Virus record (IMG/VR): IMGVR_UViG_3300035498_000877
Location: 192,001-256,000 of that record
Origin: a virus
Lineage: Duplodnaviria > Caudoviricetes
Reading direction: 5' to 3' (one strand)
DNA: 64,000 nucleotides
The notes under the pieces were generated by a model. That model saw only the letters and a program-made list of their open reading frames with translations. It had not been told where the DNA came from and searched no databases. Shown piece by piece: positions 12,201 to 19,258 of the stretch; the first letter of the stretch is position 1; every line of letters starts with the position of its first letter. The position numbers and the translations under genes are program-made.

Positions 12201-12620
12201 AAACTAGACAAAATTTGTATAGGAGGTCCTTCAAGTAATATTGGAAATACATCAACATATACTAAATCAACTACTACATCAGCAAATAAGAAGACAACAT
12301 CAAGTAACTCTAATATTGTAAACTTTAGTAATAGATCAACAAACAATACATCATCTTCTAATAATACATCTTCAGATAATATTAATATTAATACAACTGA
12401 AATTGTTGAAGTATTACAAAAGATGATTGTTGTATTACAGTCTATTGATGGTAATACATCTAAATCAAATACTTTGTTGAACAATTTAGGAACTGGAACT
12501 AATGGAACAACTTCTTCTAGTACTAGTTCTAGAACTGTAAAGAATTCATCAAAAGCATATAGTTCAATAAAGAACTCATCTAACAATAGTAGAATGATAA
12601 CTTCAATGGCAAGACCTTAA
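3246..12620 (+). CDS. giant tail-associated (tape-measure-like) protein with M23 peptidase, NlpC/P60-like and phage-tail-lysozyme domains
   Basis: 3124 aa; HYGVDL...HLHY (M23, ~10050-10500), DCSG...GHTEI (NlpC/P60-like, ~10830-11260), AGIMG...GIAQWT...FE (lysozyme, ~11360-11900); glycine-zipper hydrophobic segments. Confidence 0.8.
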   Translation: MSASISTKKEKSSSITKLAPIGSMLKEVGIDYIKEVAPTSSSIAGEVNRAGTEVAKTIAITNKDIQQKVKNFKLQNVYKSIRGWFDNELDQYRAADEMNNFDDYNFDFDDGESSNSNISMAEVEVDTATQNANKISRAITETSSHLMEAQIASVANVNTAIDNQTKIITAGFDKLNGNVEKLMEIMTTNTAATIESTLAAAVAATESESKNIDGTDMLSNGKFNASEYVKMVTQNIENTTPVIMFNTFKNLMKNNMVGVSDVLSMGLKKVMDETKIGSGIQEGIKALDESLNDTLLSAAVTLGNDTGYGIGSQFKKLFGIDTSRKNVSMVKEPLKLQSVAWDSISKEALVNTIPGYLRKILKAVGGEDVIYDYKGRGFKTEKQVQQQFDRIVNRTGNLYSASDNIRKAFGNSTDSFTLMAYDMMINDLGERSGKYGKSMNDTIMSFSDKNKAENYVLNDLFQGQLTEADADKAKKFAESLSKMEKGYGWEELQMQAAKQNVNRNRTVAEYKRNANLYNLDMSAVSDDFKNQQRYIQDQYNILPEKSKIQNESATIVSADLFTSGVDYTNKALYEIFRRLDTGINVFKVGESNIQTEKFEEFGDDKLPPPKNYIPKHLIPNTSIGTTASTIAGSIPPRSEEDNLLKNNVDEETGETENLTRGERFKRWAHKRGGDFKSAVFAGDKNQIRQVVRDTVGDMSDIATDYVKKGAGKVNDAFGNVSGYLKHKMFGTGYSYTSRDENGNPKTVNIGKNEKGGILGFVTDNIKESFSNIKAKGSKWLNDVKGYFDYGPTNSNDPEDKKIATKRKAFMGTTIGAMAGGGILGGPIGMLMGAIGGAALSVGGVDIKSKLFGIDKKTGKPTGFVSKIADKIVSPFQYQMEKTFNFIGGSLKKNLIGPISDIGYTIKRKFVDKVEEKAKGFGAFIKREVKAGIKGIFGLISLPFKGLSFLGKKAKEGIGSLGEKISGATEDSTSIKGKVANKVGQGLQYVGNRSVGGMLSDAIVGVTGKTSELTSQLAGGGIRAVLGTKGFVTRHGLESISNVIAGDTVIRNELKDRRKARDAQVDQEREGYKWGSFKDWKDQKYANRAKKMGELSDYLAEQQVDMSANIAESNAEISEQIKDTNEKMDSVEDNVQTLTDLGSEIGSIYVHDQGIHDRLDTIISIISKHFGVDVENNEEIPDIIDIDETSGFKELPELPESNTSIIPTDDGNPKDDVVGSAITAASTLAISGDTIETDELHDATSIIDEANKTDPSEEKITDDLKDMMSIQQDKKEEEKEDDDENESIFSKILSGVSGIGSSLLSVIGNIPSILTAALGIYALITNIDTVVSNISSWFKKDTDEDAQTKGANAVTAVVDTQADSLWDYAIPGADLYHNDKDATGEYIRNDAATNLKDDLLYETNLKTSLANSAWNNPSMNSLRSEISLDNAVKYAEKAESAKSSIGKKYYEYKSEKALNNAEKYEGMANSNEINTDNLTQKKLQNQADKAQAKADKYQEKADNATSEKQAEKYQKKADSAQAEASNLESEKEKFSNSTIGGVATQATKVGITYLGSSAAGGIASTIASKAGASEETASTIGNVTTSAVTAGVVAAEGLATMKGKTTALDKLATALVDGLASICSTIGTKLASSSLGKKLGADKISDWIKEFSSNLTTGFASKLTDTILKKINSGLEAVSAKLGLGTTLTLSTAGLAVLAGGAVGLLSGACTTPHLFGVAPDDADIWMKLISSALGAAFGAAEMTPAGWIFCIIDIIDEVVKMIPGGFFKYGLKGALAQGLYSLCGGSEKLEEKQERMSEIRENYNSTYGTNLDEATFNDYVNSSGLLDTIWNGTAKITDDNELVTDEGGKVKKSWGLKNIFVGNDTEYEKDENGNLIKDSNGNSIVKTDAYGNVQKKNAKIVDTIKDDANSIKRFFTGGTEYETDENGNVVYDENGNAVVAKEEKGLVGRIKENGLSASSILGDKAMNKAKAKAENMAETISTIKEKASNVLDNISTGLSSIGTSISDTASSIADKATTGLKNVKDSLDKKTSEIADKASELGDKAVSGLKSAGSSVLSFFGFGNKDSEEDTDEDGTKLSDNVSASANTGKAFKSTLSGLNKIKSKLLGDLTDTLDEWENEEYELDEDGNPLLDADGNKIKKGGISTAIKSSAAKITKSTLSKATDALDSVKSGLGSLWNSIKDKVFNTSKDSNDTTDVAIGGPEVSNYDDSDEAGAEAFREYQDKKQRQKYYENKNKSTNYDDSDEALFEYQQEQRAENYANSKVAGGNPLSQNYDITSGYGQRNISGIEGMGSMHYGVDLQPVDSSQITWVKSTYPGTIIDVKSDVPDTDTAEKTDSGWKYSGNNSSGNYVKYQTEDGQIIENMHLKQGSIPGSIFKGMHINAGTDLGQVGSTGFSTAPHLHYAIKDENGTYKDPTSSLNSSNPVDNSVKNEVLNDSTSSAQEYNSQYSSGDYSSSSSDSSSSGISGFISKLLSLGKQFISKLTGGLIGSDDSDSNSSIDSSSSYSSDNGNYTSYDSVELTTTPNTKWVEIVRDVKKAVAAYQPTYYTDAGSEKYVNVTANNKTYKTRVDCSGIIATMLKIYGVLGDSVNVTSSSLLSNNCIPSGFTQVSWPGWDKLVEGDIMARSGHTEIFAYNDGSKHYVYNGGSTKALRAAGATVSGGSPFTVIWRCNEVGSSIGTDGSSLVSSDAVNNNLSGGGTVSSASEQQVWSELDKLGYNDTAKAGIMGVWSSETNNRNDRIEGDYLKSFPGFDTVTTDNTALNDYTQNKLFGAYAKSGLSINKSAYKGSDGNLYPGFGIAQWTGPRAENLFKYTSNKGESWKSLKGQMDFFNNEMSTNVRGVTQSDMNSQKSPSDAAKLFANKFEGTSKSDWISQRQANANRIYNSLAGSTSNGDSTTALGGPIQNNAPIEITEDSGIQISAPDAKKSRKKKIDDNKIIDMNRVLQNRNKSSKQDEGSSSDGTTSKRGVGGPKIDTNAIPDKSELKLDKICIGGPSSNIGNTSTYTKSTTTSANKKTTSSNSNIVNFSNRSTNNTSSSNNTSSDNININTTEIVEVLQKMIVVLQSIDGNTSKSNTLLNNLGTGTNGTTSSSTSSRTVKNSSKAYSSIKNSSNNSRMITSMARP

Positions 12621-12628
12621 TACAAATA

Positions 12629-12668
12629 AGAGGGAGAGGATAGTCCTCTCCCTCTATATTTTATTTTT
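12629..12668 (+). terminator. intrinsic terminator
   Basis: 12-bp stem AGAGGGAGAGGA/TCCTCTCCCTCT followed by T-rich run. Confidence 0.8.
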
Positions 12669-12672
12669 AATT

Positions 12673-12681
12673 ATATATTAT
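12673..12681 (+). promoter_or_regulatory. putative phage early promoter
   Basis: ATATATTAT; context TTTTTAATTATATATTATAAATATAAT is repeated at ~55509-55535. Confidence 0.6.
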
Positions 12682-12941
12682 AAATATAATATGATAAATG
12701 ATTTTTAAGTTAAAAGTAATGATATTAATTCCAAGTTTGATGGTATTGAGAAAACCGATATATTTCTCCTACAATAACCAATAGTGGTGTAGTAAATCTC
12801 GTGACAGCGGCTAATCTGTATATATCATTATACCGAAATATTTTTGTAACTTGATAACAATACTTATTGAACGGAATAATTACATAACCTGCAATATGTG
12901 ATTATCAAAAAATATTATAATATAAGGAGATTATAAAGAGA

Positions 12942-14141
12942 ATGATTTTAGTATTCGACCAGCAGTGTATGGATAAACATCATACAACTAAAGAAGAACT
13001 AACATCAATGTGTAAATCTGGTGTAAGAAATATTCCAAGAGAATTTTATGACAGAACAGGATTTACTCGAGATGAATTGATTATGTATCATCATATGATA
13101 ATGGCTAAGAATATTGCTGAAGAAAAAGCTAGAGAGAAAGCTGCTAAAGAAGTAAAACGTAAAGAGAAAGAAATTGCTAAAGAAAATGAGGAAAAGCGTA
13201 AAGAAAAAGAGAGATTAGAATCAGAGTATAGGGAATATAAAATAAGGCATGCTAATAAACCACCTCAGCCTTTTACTCTTGAAGAATATCGTAAGTGGAA
13301 CCCGAATCCACAAATACCAAAACCAATTCCAATGTCTCAATCTAGGATACCAGAAATAAGAGCATTAGCAGCTCAACTTGCTGAAGAAGATGATGAGGAT
13401 CAGGATGATTTGATCAAGCATAATTTCTTTGATGAAGATGATGAGGATGAAGATGATGAAATAACAATTGACTTATCAGAAAATACTGAAATATTTGGTG
13501 ATGGATATGATTTTGAAATCATTGATGATGAGCCAAAATCTAAGAAGAAAAAGAAACATAAGAAAGAATCTAATATAAAGAAGTCATCTAAGAAGTCAAA
13601 GACTGAAAAAGTACAGAAACAATCAGAATTAAAGAAATTTGATATATTGCAGAAAATGGAGAGTACAAACATATTTGAGAAGAAAGCTGTAAAAGTTGAT
13701 AAGGTTGAGGAGTCAGTAGAGCAGCCAAAGTATCGTGAAAGTGATAAGAGATTATTAGAAGCTGGAATGAAAATGAATATAAGAAAGAAGGAGAAATTGT
13801 ATAAGAAGCTTCGAGATCTGGATCCAATTGATAAGAAAGATGTTCATAAGATTAATGATATATCAAAGAAGATATCTAAATGTAACAATAATATTGAAGT
13901 TATCGAAAATGAAATTGGAACTTCCGAGAAATCAATGAAAGAAGAACTCGATTATGAATTACATGGAAGCAGATGGGATCGATTCAAGAAAGAGTTCAAG
14001 AAAACTGCAAAAGCAGTTGGAAAATCAGTTTATAAATTCACTAAGAGATGGGGCGGTGTTTTGATACAAGCAGCTGCAACTATTGTTTCAGCTATAGCAA
14101 TATGCAAAGGTGGTGCTGCATTAGTACCGCAAGGATCATGA
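12942..14141 (+). CDS. hypothetical charged low-complexity protein with C-terminal hydrophobic anchor
   Basis: acidic and poly-Lys tracts, C-terminal GGVLIQAAATIVSAIAI; AAGGAG RBS. Confidence 0.7.
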   Translation: MILVFDQQCMDKHHTTKEELTSMCKSGVRNIPREFYDRTGFTRDELIMYHHMIMAKNIAEEKAREKAAKEVKRKEKEIAKENEEKRKEKERLESEYREYKIRHANKPPQPFTLEEYRKWNPNPQIPKPIPMSQSRIPEIRALAAQLAEEDDEDQDDLIKHNFFDEDDEDEDDEITIDLSENTEIFGDGYDFEIIDDEPKSKKKKKHKKESNIKKSSKKSKTEKVQKQSELKKFDILQKMESTNIFEKKAVKVDKVEESVEQPKYRESDKRLLEAGMKMNIRKKEKLYKKLRDLDPIDKKDVHKINDISKKISKCNNNIEVIENEIGTSEKSMKEELDYELHGSRWDRFKKEFKKTAKAVGKSVYKFTKRWGGVLIQAAATIVSAIAICKGGAALVPQGS

Positions 14142-14212
14142 TAAAGGTAGAAGATATGAATACGGAATGATTTGCAGGGCATCTGTATCACGTATCTTCT
14201 ACCAATACTCAC

Positions 14213-15469
14213 TTATTTAAAAATTTTTCTAGCTAATATAATCATTTCTTTAAACATGAAATCTATAATCTCATCGTTTATTTTACCAATATAAGCTTCG
14301 ATATTATTATAGTTAATAGATATTATACATCGCGAAGTATATAAAGATGGGAGTAATGAAAACTGTAATGTTTGATCAACATTTTCTTTATTTTTTGATA
14401 ATAATGAAATTGTATTTAGTGTAGCTTGATTACATTCAGCAATGCGAGTTCTATATCCATCAATTCTATTCAAATCATTTTGATTTCCCTCTACATCATC
14501 TTCATCATGATATGGGAAAGTAAAATCATTAAATCTAATTCCATCAGATATAATAGTACTAATGGATGAATTATAAGATATATGAAGTTCATCATCACTA
14601 TAAATATTCTGAAGTACTTGCATATATTCAATTGGAAGTCTTACTGCAAAATCTACATACAATGGACTATTGATAGATTTTATCATTTTAATTCCACTTT
14701 CTATTGATTCCTTTTTAGAATTGAATAATACAAATCTTCTTTCTCCATGTGATACTGGATCATATTTGTGCCATCCAACTAATCCAATCTGATACAATGT
14801 AGGTGAAGTCTCTTGAGTTGGTAATGGAGAAAACTTAACAATGTTTAGATATTGATCATATTTAGGACTGTAATTGATCACAGTAGTTACTTTATAGAAT
14901 AATAACTCTAATACCCTAATTAATTCTGGAGTTTCCTCAGTAGATATCATATTCAATGAATTAGGATAATTAGAATTGAATAATTTTGCATCTTCACCTT
15001 CACCTAATGATGTAACAATATCGACAAATGAAACAGGTATCTGAACAATAAACTTTCTACTTATCATAGGTAAAAATAAACGCAATGATGATGGATTAAT
15101 AATGTCATCATCTGTCTTCATTTGTAATGTCAAATTAATAAAACTTTCAATAGCTGTTTCTGCAGCTTCGTATCCTTTACATATTAATTCATCTTTATCA
15201 TCATAAAGATCAACATTAAATGCATTCATGAGTTCTTTTCTGGTAGGTATAGATGCTTGTGTAGAATTAACTATTCTAAGCTTTTCTCTATAAGTTTGAG
15301 TTAATCTAAATAGCTCGAAGAAATTTACGTCTGAATATTCTACTTCATAACATAAGTCATCATTGATAATTGCTTGAAGTTGTGGCTCTGATTTGATATC
15401 AGCACCAGCATTAATGGCCCACATTAATATATTATGTGTGCCAGTTTCAGTAACTTTTTGTATTTTCAT
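14213..15469 (-). CDS. hypothetical protein, possibly degenerate tandem ThyX-like fold
   Basis: 418 aa, AGGAGG RBS; two LP-containing segments (LRLFLPM, FSLLPSL) resembling ThyX AR.xLP; fold call weak. Confidence 0.55.
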   Translation of the reverse strand: MKIQKVTETGTHNILMWAINAGADIKSEPQLQAIINDDLCYEVEYSDVNFFELFRLTQTYREKLRIVNSTQASIPTRKELMNAFNVDLYDDKDELICKGYEAAETAIESFINLTLQMKTDDDIINPSSLRLFLPMISRKFIVQIPVSFVDIVTSLGEGEDAKLFNSNYPNSLNMISTEETPELIRVLELLFYKVTTVINYSPKYDQYLNIVKFSPLPTQETSPTLYQIGLVGWHKYDPVSHGERRFVLFNSKKESIESGIKMIKSINSPLYVDFAVRLPIEYMQVLQNIYSDDELHISYNSSISTIISDGIRFNDFTFPYHDEDDVEGNQNDLNRIDGYRTRIAECNQATLNTISLLSKNKENVDQTLQFSLLPSLYTSRCIISINYNNIEAYIGKINDEIIDFMFKEMIILARKIFK

Positions 15470-15550
15470 TTAATATCCTCCTATTTTAAGTTATATATTA
15501 TTTATATATCGAGAGGAAATAATGATTTTATTCTAGGAGGTGATCATATC

Positions 15551-15808
15551 ATGAAAGGATATGGATTAGATAATGATGTATTTTCAGTTGATAATGTAAC
15601 AAAAGCAGATATGAAGATATTAGCTGAAAGTATAGCAGAATATTTGGATATATTCCAAAATGTCATGGTAATTCCTGAAGATTTAAAAGATGAATATGAA
15701 GATAAAATAAAGGAGGGCATAAAAAGAACAGAGAAACTTATAAAGAAACTTGAAAAAGGTGATAAGTCTGTATTTAAAGATCCAGATGATGTTGAGCCAA
15801 TATGGTAA
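15551..15808 (+). CDS. hypothetical protein
   Basis: AGGAGGTG RBS before ATG 15551; promoter motif at 15493-15501. Confidence 0.7.
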   Translation: MKGYGLDNDVFSVDNVTKADMKILAESIAEYLDIFQNVMVIPEDLKDEYEDKIKEGIKRTEKLIKKLEKGDKSVFKDPDDVEPIW

Positions 15809-15841
15809 TTAAAAATAATTATAAAGGAGGATTGCTTTAAA

Positions 15842-16774
15842 ATGGCAACTATAACAAATTTAGCTTTTACAGTATTTCCTGATGAGGAAGTGAAGAATGG
15901 TATTGATCCAAAGAAATATCCACCTAGTATGTTTGGATCACGTATATCATCTCTTGAGAAGGTGAGAGTGAATAGTATTAGTGGTGGATACACAATAATA
16001 TTCACTTATTCTATGATAGCAAAGTGTAACCCAGAAGCTGTTGCTAACATTTTGAGAAATCTTATGTTAAAAATGGAGCCAAATGGAACTAGGAATTTAA
16101 TATACCAATTGGTGACATTTAGTAATCAGAGATATAGTTTTGAATTCATGACTAAAATGTATGCAATATATTTAAGAACATCAAAGTTTAACGATATCAA
16201 TGTGCAGCTTGGTAAAATGATGCGTGAATTATTTGAGAATCATGATGATGAATATTTATATGATGAAGATGATTCAGTTGGAATTGATATGAATTTATAT
16301 TCAAGAGCAAATAAGAAAGATAATTCTGATTTATGGTTAGAAAATGCTAATCTTCTTAATATGGAATTAAATGTTAAAGGCAAGAAGAAAAAGAAGAAAT
16401 CTTCTAAAGATAAAGACAAGGATAAAGATGATATTGCAATCAAGAAATCCGCAATATATAAAAGTTCAGATCATCCTAAGAGAGATGTCAAAAAGTATGG
16501 TCTAATTCGTATTGAAGATAAAGATGATATTAAGAAGGATTATAAACAGCTATTAGCTGTGACTAAAGATTTCATTCCAGGAAATGAAAAATGGAAGAAA
16601 GAATTTAGACAGAACTTAGCAGCTAGATGGTTAATGTCATATGCAGTTACTAAGAAGAAACTTAAGAAACTTCAATCTGCAAGAAATAAAGATAATAGTA
16701 AATCAGAAACAGTTAAGAAGATATCAAAGTCTTTATATAATACTTCATCAATATGGACTAATCCAAAAAGATAA
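15842..16774 (+). CDS. hypothetical Lys-rich protein
   Basis: 310 aa, AGGAGG RBS. Confidence 0.7.
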   Translation: MATITNLAFTVFPDEEVKNGIDPKKYPPSMFGSRISSLEKVRVNSISGGYTIIFTYSMIAKCNPEAVANILRNLMLKMEPNGTRNLIYQLVTFSNQRYSFEFMTKMYAIYLRTSKFNDINVQLGKMMRELFENHDDEYLYDEDDSVGIDMNLYSRANKKDNSDLWLENANLLNMELNVKGKKKKKKSSKDKDKDKDDIAIKKSAIYKSSDHPKRDVKKYGLIRIEDKDDIKKDYKQLLAVTKDFIPGNEKWKKEFRQNLAARWLMSYAVTKKKLKKLQSARNKDNSKSETVKKISKSLYNTSSIWTNPKR

Positions 16775-16832
16775 TGTATTTTAATGATATATTCTTCATA
16801 TGTATAATAATATAAAAGGAGGGCTTATTTAA

Positions 16833-17165
16833 ATGGCTGATCAAACAACTGAAATTGCTGTAATACCATCAGTAGTTTCTAATAAGAAAGAATCCATGAC
16901 ATTAATGGAGAAGATTCAAGTAGGCAAGGAAGTTCAGAAGATGGTTCTTGGTTCAAAGAAGAATGGTGAACCAGTTTCTCTATTGGATGGATTAAAAGAT
17001 CTATATGAGATTGATGATTCTGACAAGAAGAAAAAGAAGAAAAAGAAAAAGAAAAGTAACAATGGACTATATGGAATGGACATATCACTGTATGCCGGTA
17101 AGAAAAAGAAGAAAAAAGGCAAGAAGAAACATAAAAAGAATTTAATGAAGTATTATGGGTTTTAA
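16833..17165 (+). CDS. small poly-lysine basic protein
   Basis: two long Lys runs; AGGAGG RBS; promoter motif 16787-16795; terminator after. Confidence 0.7.
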   Translation: MADQTTEIAVIPSVVSNKKESMTLMEKIQVGKEVQKMVLGSKKNGEPVSLLDGLKDLYEIDDSDKKKKKKKKKKSNNGLYGMDISLYAGKKKKKKGKKKHKKNLMKYYGF

Positions 17166-17230
17166 AATTAAGATAAAGAATGGTAATATAAATTTACCAT
17201 TCTTTATTTTTGCAAGGGAAGTGATTAAAT

Positions 17231-19108
17231 ATGATAGTGGGCTCTAAGCCAGCACTGATAAATGTTACTTATATTCAACCATCAAAAGATGAAAATGGTA
17301 AAAAAATAGATGCTCACTTTGAGGTTATATATAAAGATGATAATGGTAATGTTAGAAAATCTGATGAACCTGCATTGGTAGATATTTATTTTGTAAAGCC
17401 TGAATTTAGAAACTTTAATTACAATAAACCAGAAGAAAGAATAGAACATCTTGAAAAAAGAACAGTTCCATATCCAGACATTAAAACAGCAATTGCTAAA
17501 GAAATTGGACCTGATGCTGTTGCATATCTTAATCAATGTAAAACTAGTGGAAAATATTCAGATAGTAACAGTTTATTTGGATGGCCATATGCATTCAAAT
17601 GTGATTTCCAACCAGAGTTTTATTTCATTCAACGTTGGTTTGAAAAATATCCAATGACTGATCCAGATCTTGATTTGGCATTCCTTGATATAGAGACTGA
17701 TTTAATAGATGGACAGACTAATCTTGACAATCTTAAGGATACTGCAATAGCACCTGTAAATGTTTCAACATTGATATTTGAGAAACAAAAAGAAGCATTT
17801 ACATTTATATTGAGACCAAAGAAGCCATCTAAATTTGGAAGAAGTTCAGAAGAATATGAAGAGCGATATAAATTATATGAATATCAGTTAGCCGAATATA
17901 TTGATTTATTTGAACATAAACAGGAATTCATAAATGAACTTCATAAAGAATTTGATTCAACGTATGGATTTATAAAATATCATTTAAGATTCTATGAAGA
18001 TGAATTAGAAATGATAACGGATATGTTCAGATGTATTCATTCCAGAAAACCAAACTTTCTGTACTGCTGGAATATGCGTTTCGATATTCAGTATCTATAT
18101 TATAGAATTATAATGCTGGGTGGTGATCCAAATCAGATAATGACTGAGATGGATTTTAAATATCCAAGGTGCTATTTCAAAGTTGATAAATCAACATTTG
18201 AGATTGGTAAGCAGATGGATACATTCTATTGTTCATCATATACCGTATATCTTTGTCAAATGAGAACTTATGCAGCATTAAGAAAGTCTCAGCATAAACC
18301 AAGATCTCTGAAATTGAATGCAATTGCAGATAAGGAATTAGGAGATAAGAAAGTTGAATATCCAGATAATTCATCAATAGTAAATTTTGCATATAAAGAT
18401 TATAAGAAATTTATTAAATATAATATCAAGGATGTTTTACTTCAGGTTGGTATTGAGAGAAGAACAAAAGATTCTAAGTCATTATATCATAGAATGGCAT
18501 CTAATAGAACTCATTATTATAAGGCATTTAAAGAAACACATCTGCTGAGAAATGTTAGAGAAATCTATTTTGAACCAGAAGGATGGATTCAATGTAATAA
18601 TGTAAATGTATTAGGCAATGATAATAAGTCAAAAGATGATGGAACTGCTAGGTTCTATATGAGAACTGGTGATGATGACGATAGTGATAGCGATGAAGAA
18701 TCATCATTTAAAGGAGCCATTAATGCAGATCCATTTTGGAATGATAAAGTTGGTGTTGAAATCAATGGAGTTCCAAGTAATAATATTTTCAATAATGCAA
18801 TTGATTATGATATGGCTTCATTCTATCCATCTATAAAGATTGTATGCAATATGGACGGAATTACTCTGATATTTAAGGCTTCATTTGATAATGAAGAATT
18901 TATGAGTGGTGAGTTCAGTAATAAGTCTCTCAATACAAAATATTTCGAGAAAGATAAATATGGAAATATCAGAAAGCTTGATATAACAGGTGAAGCTGTA
19001 AATACTTATGTTAGTAAGAATATATTGACTACTGCTTATAATTATTTAGGTCAACCTGATATCACAAGTGTATTAAAGTATATATTTGAAAATATTGCTG
19101 CATTATAG
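17231..19108 (+). CDS. split family-B DNA polymerase: 3'-5' exonuclease plus motif A part
   Basis: ExoI FLDIETD, ExoII WNMRFD, ExoIII YNIKDV, motif A DYDMASFYPS; no motif B or YGDTDS motif C before the stop. Confidence 0.8.
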   Translation: MIVGSKPALINVTYIQPSKDENGKKIDAHFEVIYKDDNGNVRKSDEPALVDIYFVKPEFRNFNYNKPEERIEHLEKRTVPYPDIKTAIAKEIGPDAVAYLNQCKTSGKYSDSNSLFGWPYAFKCDFQPEFYFIQRWFEKYPMTDPDLDLAFLDIETDLIDGQTNLDNLKDTAIAPVNVSTLIFEKQKEAFTFILRPKKPSKFGRSSEEYEERYKLYEYQLAEYIDLFEHKQEFINELHKEFDSTYGFIKYHLRFYEDELEMITDMFRCIHSRKPNFLYCWNMRFDIQYLYYRIIMLGGDPNQIMTEMDFKYPRCYFKVDKSTFEIGKQMDTFYCSSYTVYLCQMRTYAALRKSQHKPRSLKLNAIADKELGDKKVEYPDNSSIVNFAYKDYKKFIKYNIKDVLLQVGIERRTKDSKSLYHRMASNRTHYYKAFKETHLLRNVREIYFEPEGWIQCNNVNVLGNDNKSKDDGTARFYMRTGDDDDSDSDEESSFKGAINADPFWNDKVGVEINGVPSNNIFNNAIDYDMASFYPSIKIVCNMDGITLIFKASFDNEEFMSGEFSNKSLNTKYFEKDKYGNIRKLDITGEAVNTYVSKNILTTAYNYLGQPDITSVLKYIFENIAAL

Positions 19109-19258
19109 AATAATTAAAAGAGGGATTATCAGATCCCTCTTTTTTGTTTTGAAATGTCAAATAAATATGCCTGAGTAGTTACTCAGGTAATATTTTTAAA
19201 TTATATATTCTACTTATATAGCAATACAAAATTTACAATAAGAAAGGAGATAATTAAA

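Noticed and set aside
3734-12586. Many antisense and alternate-frame ORFs over the giant gene (and similar ones elsewhere)
   Set aside because: They overlap a clearly coding frame and have no RBS; they are shadows of codon bias
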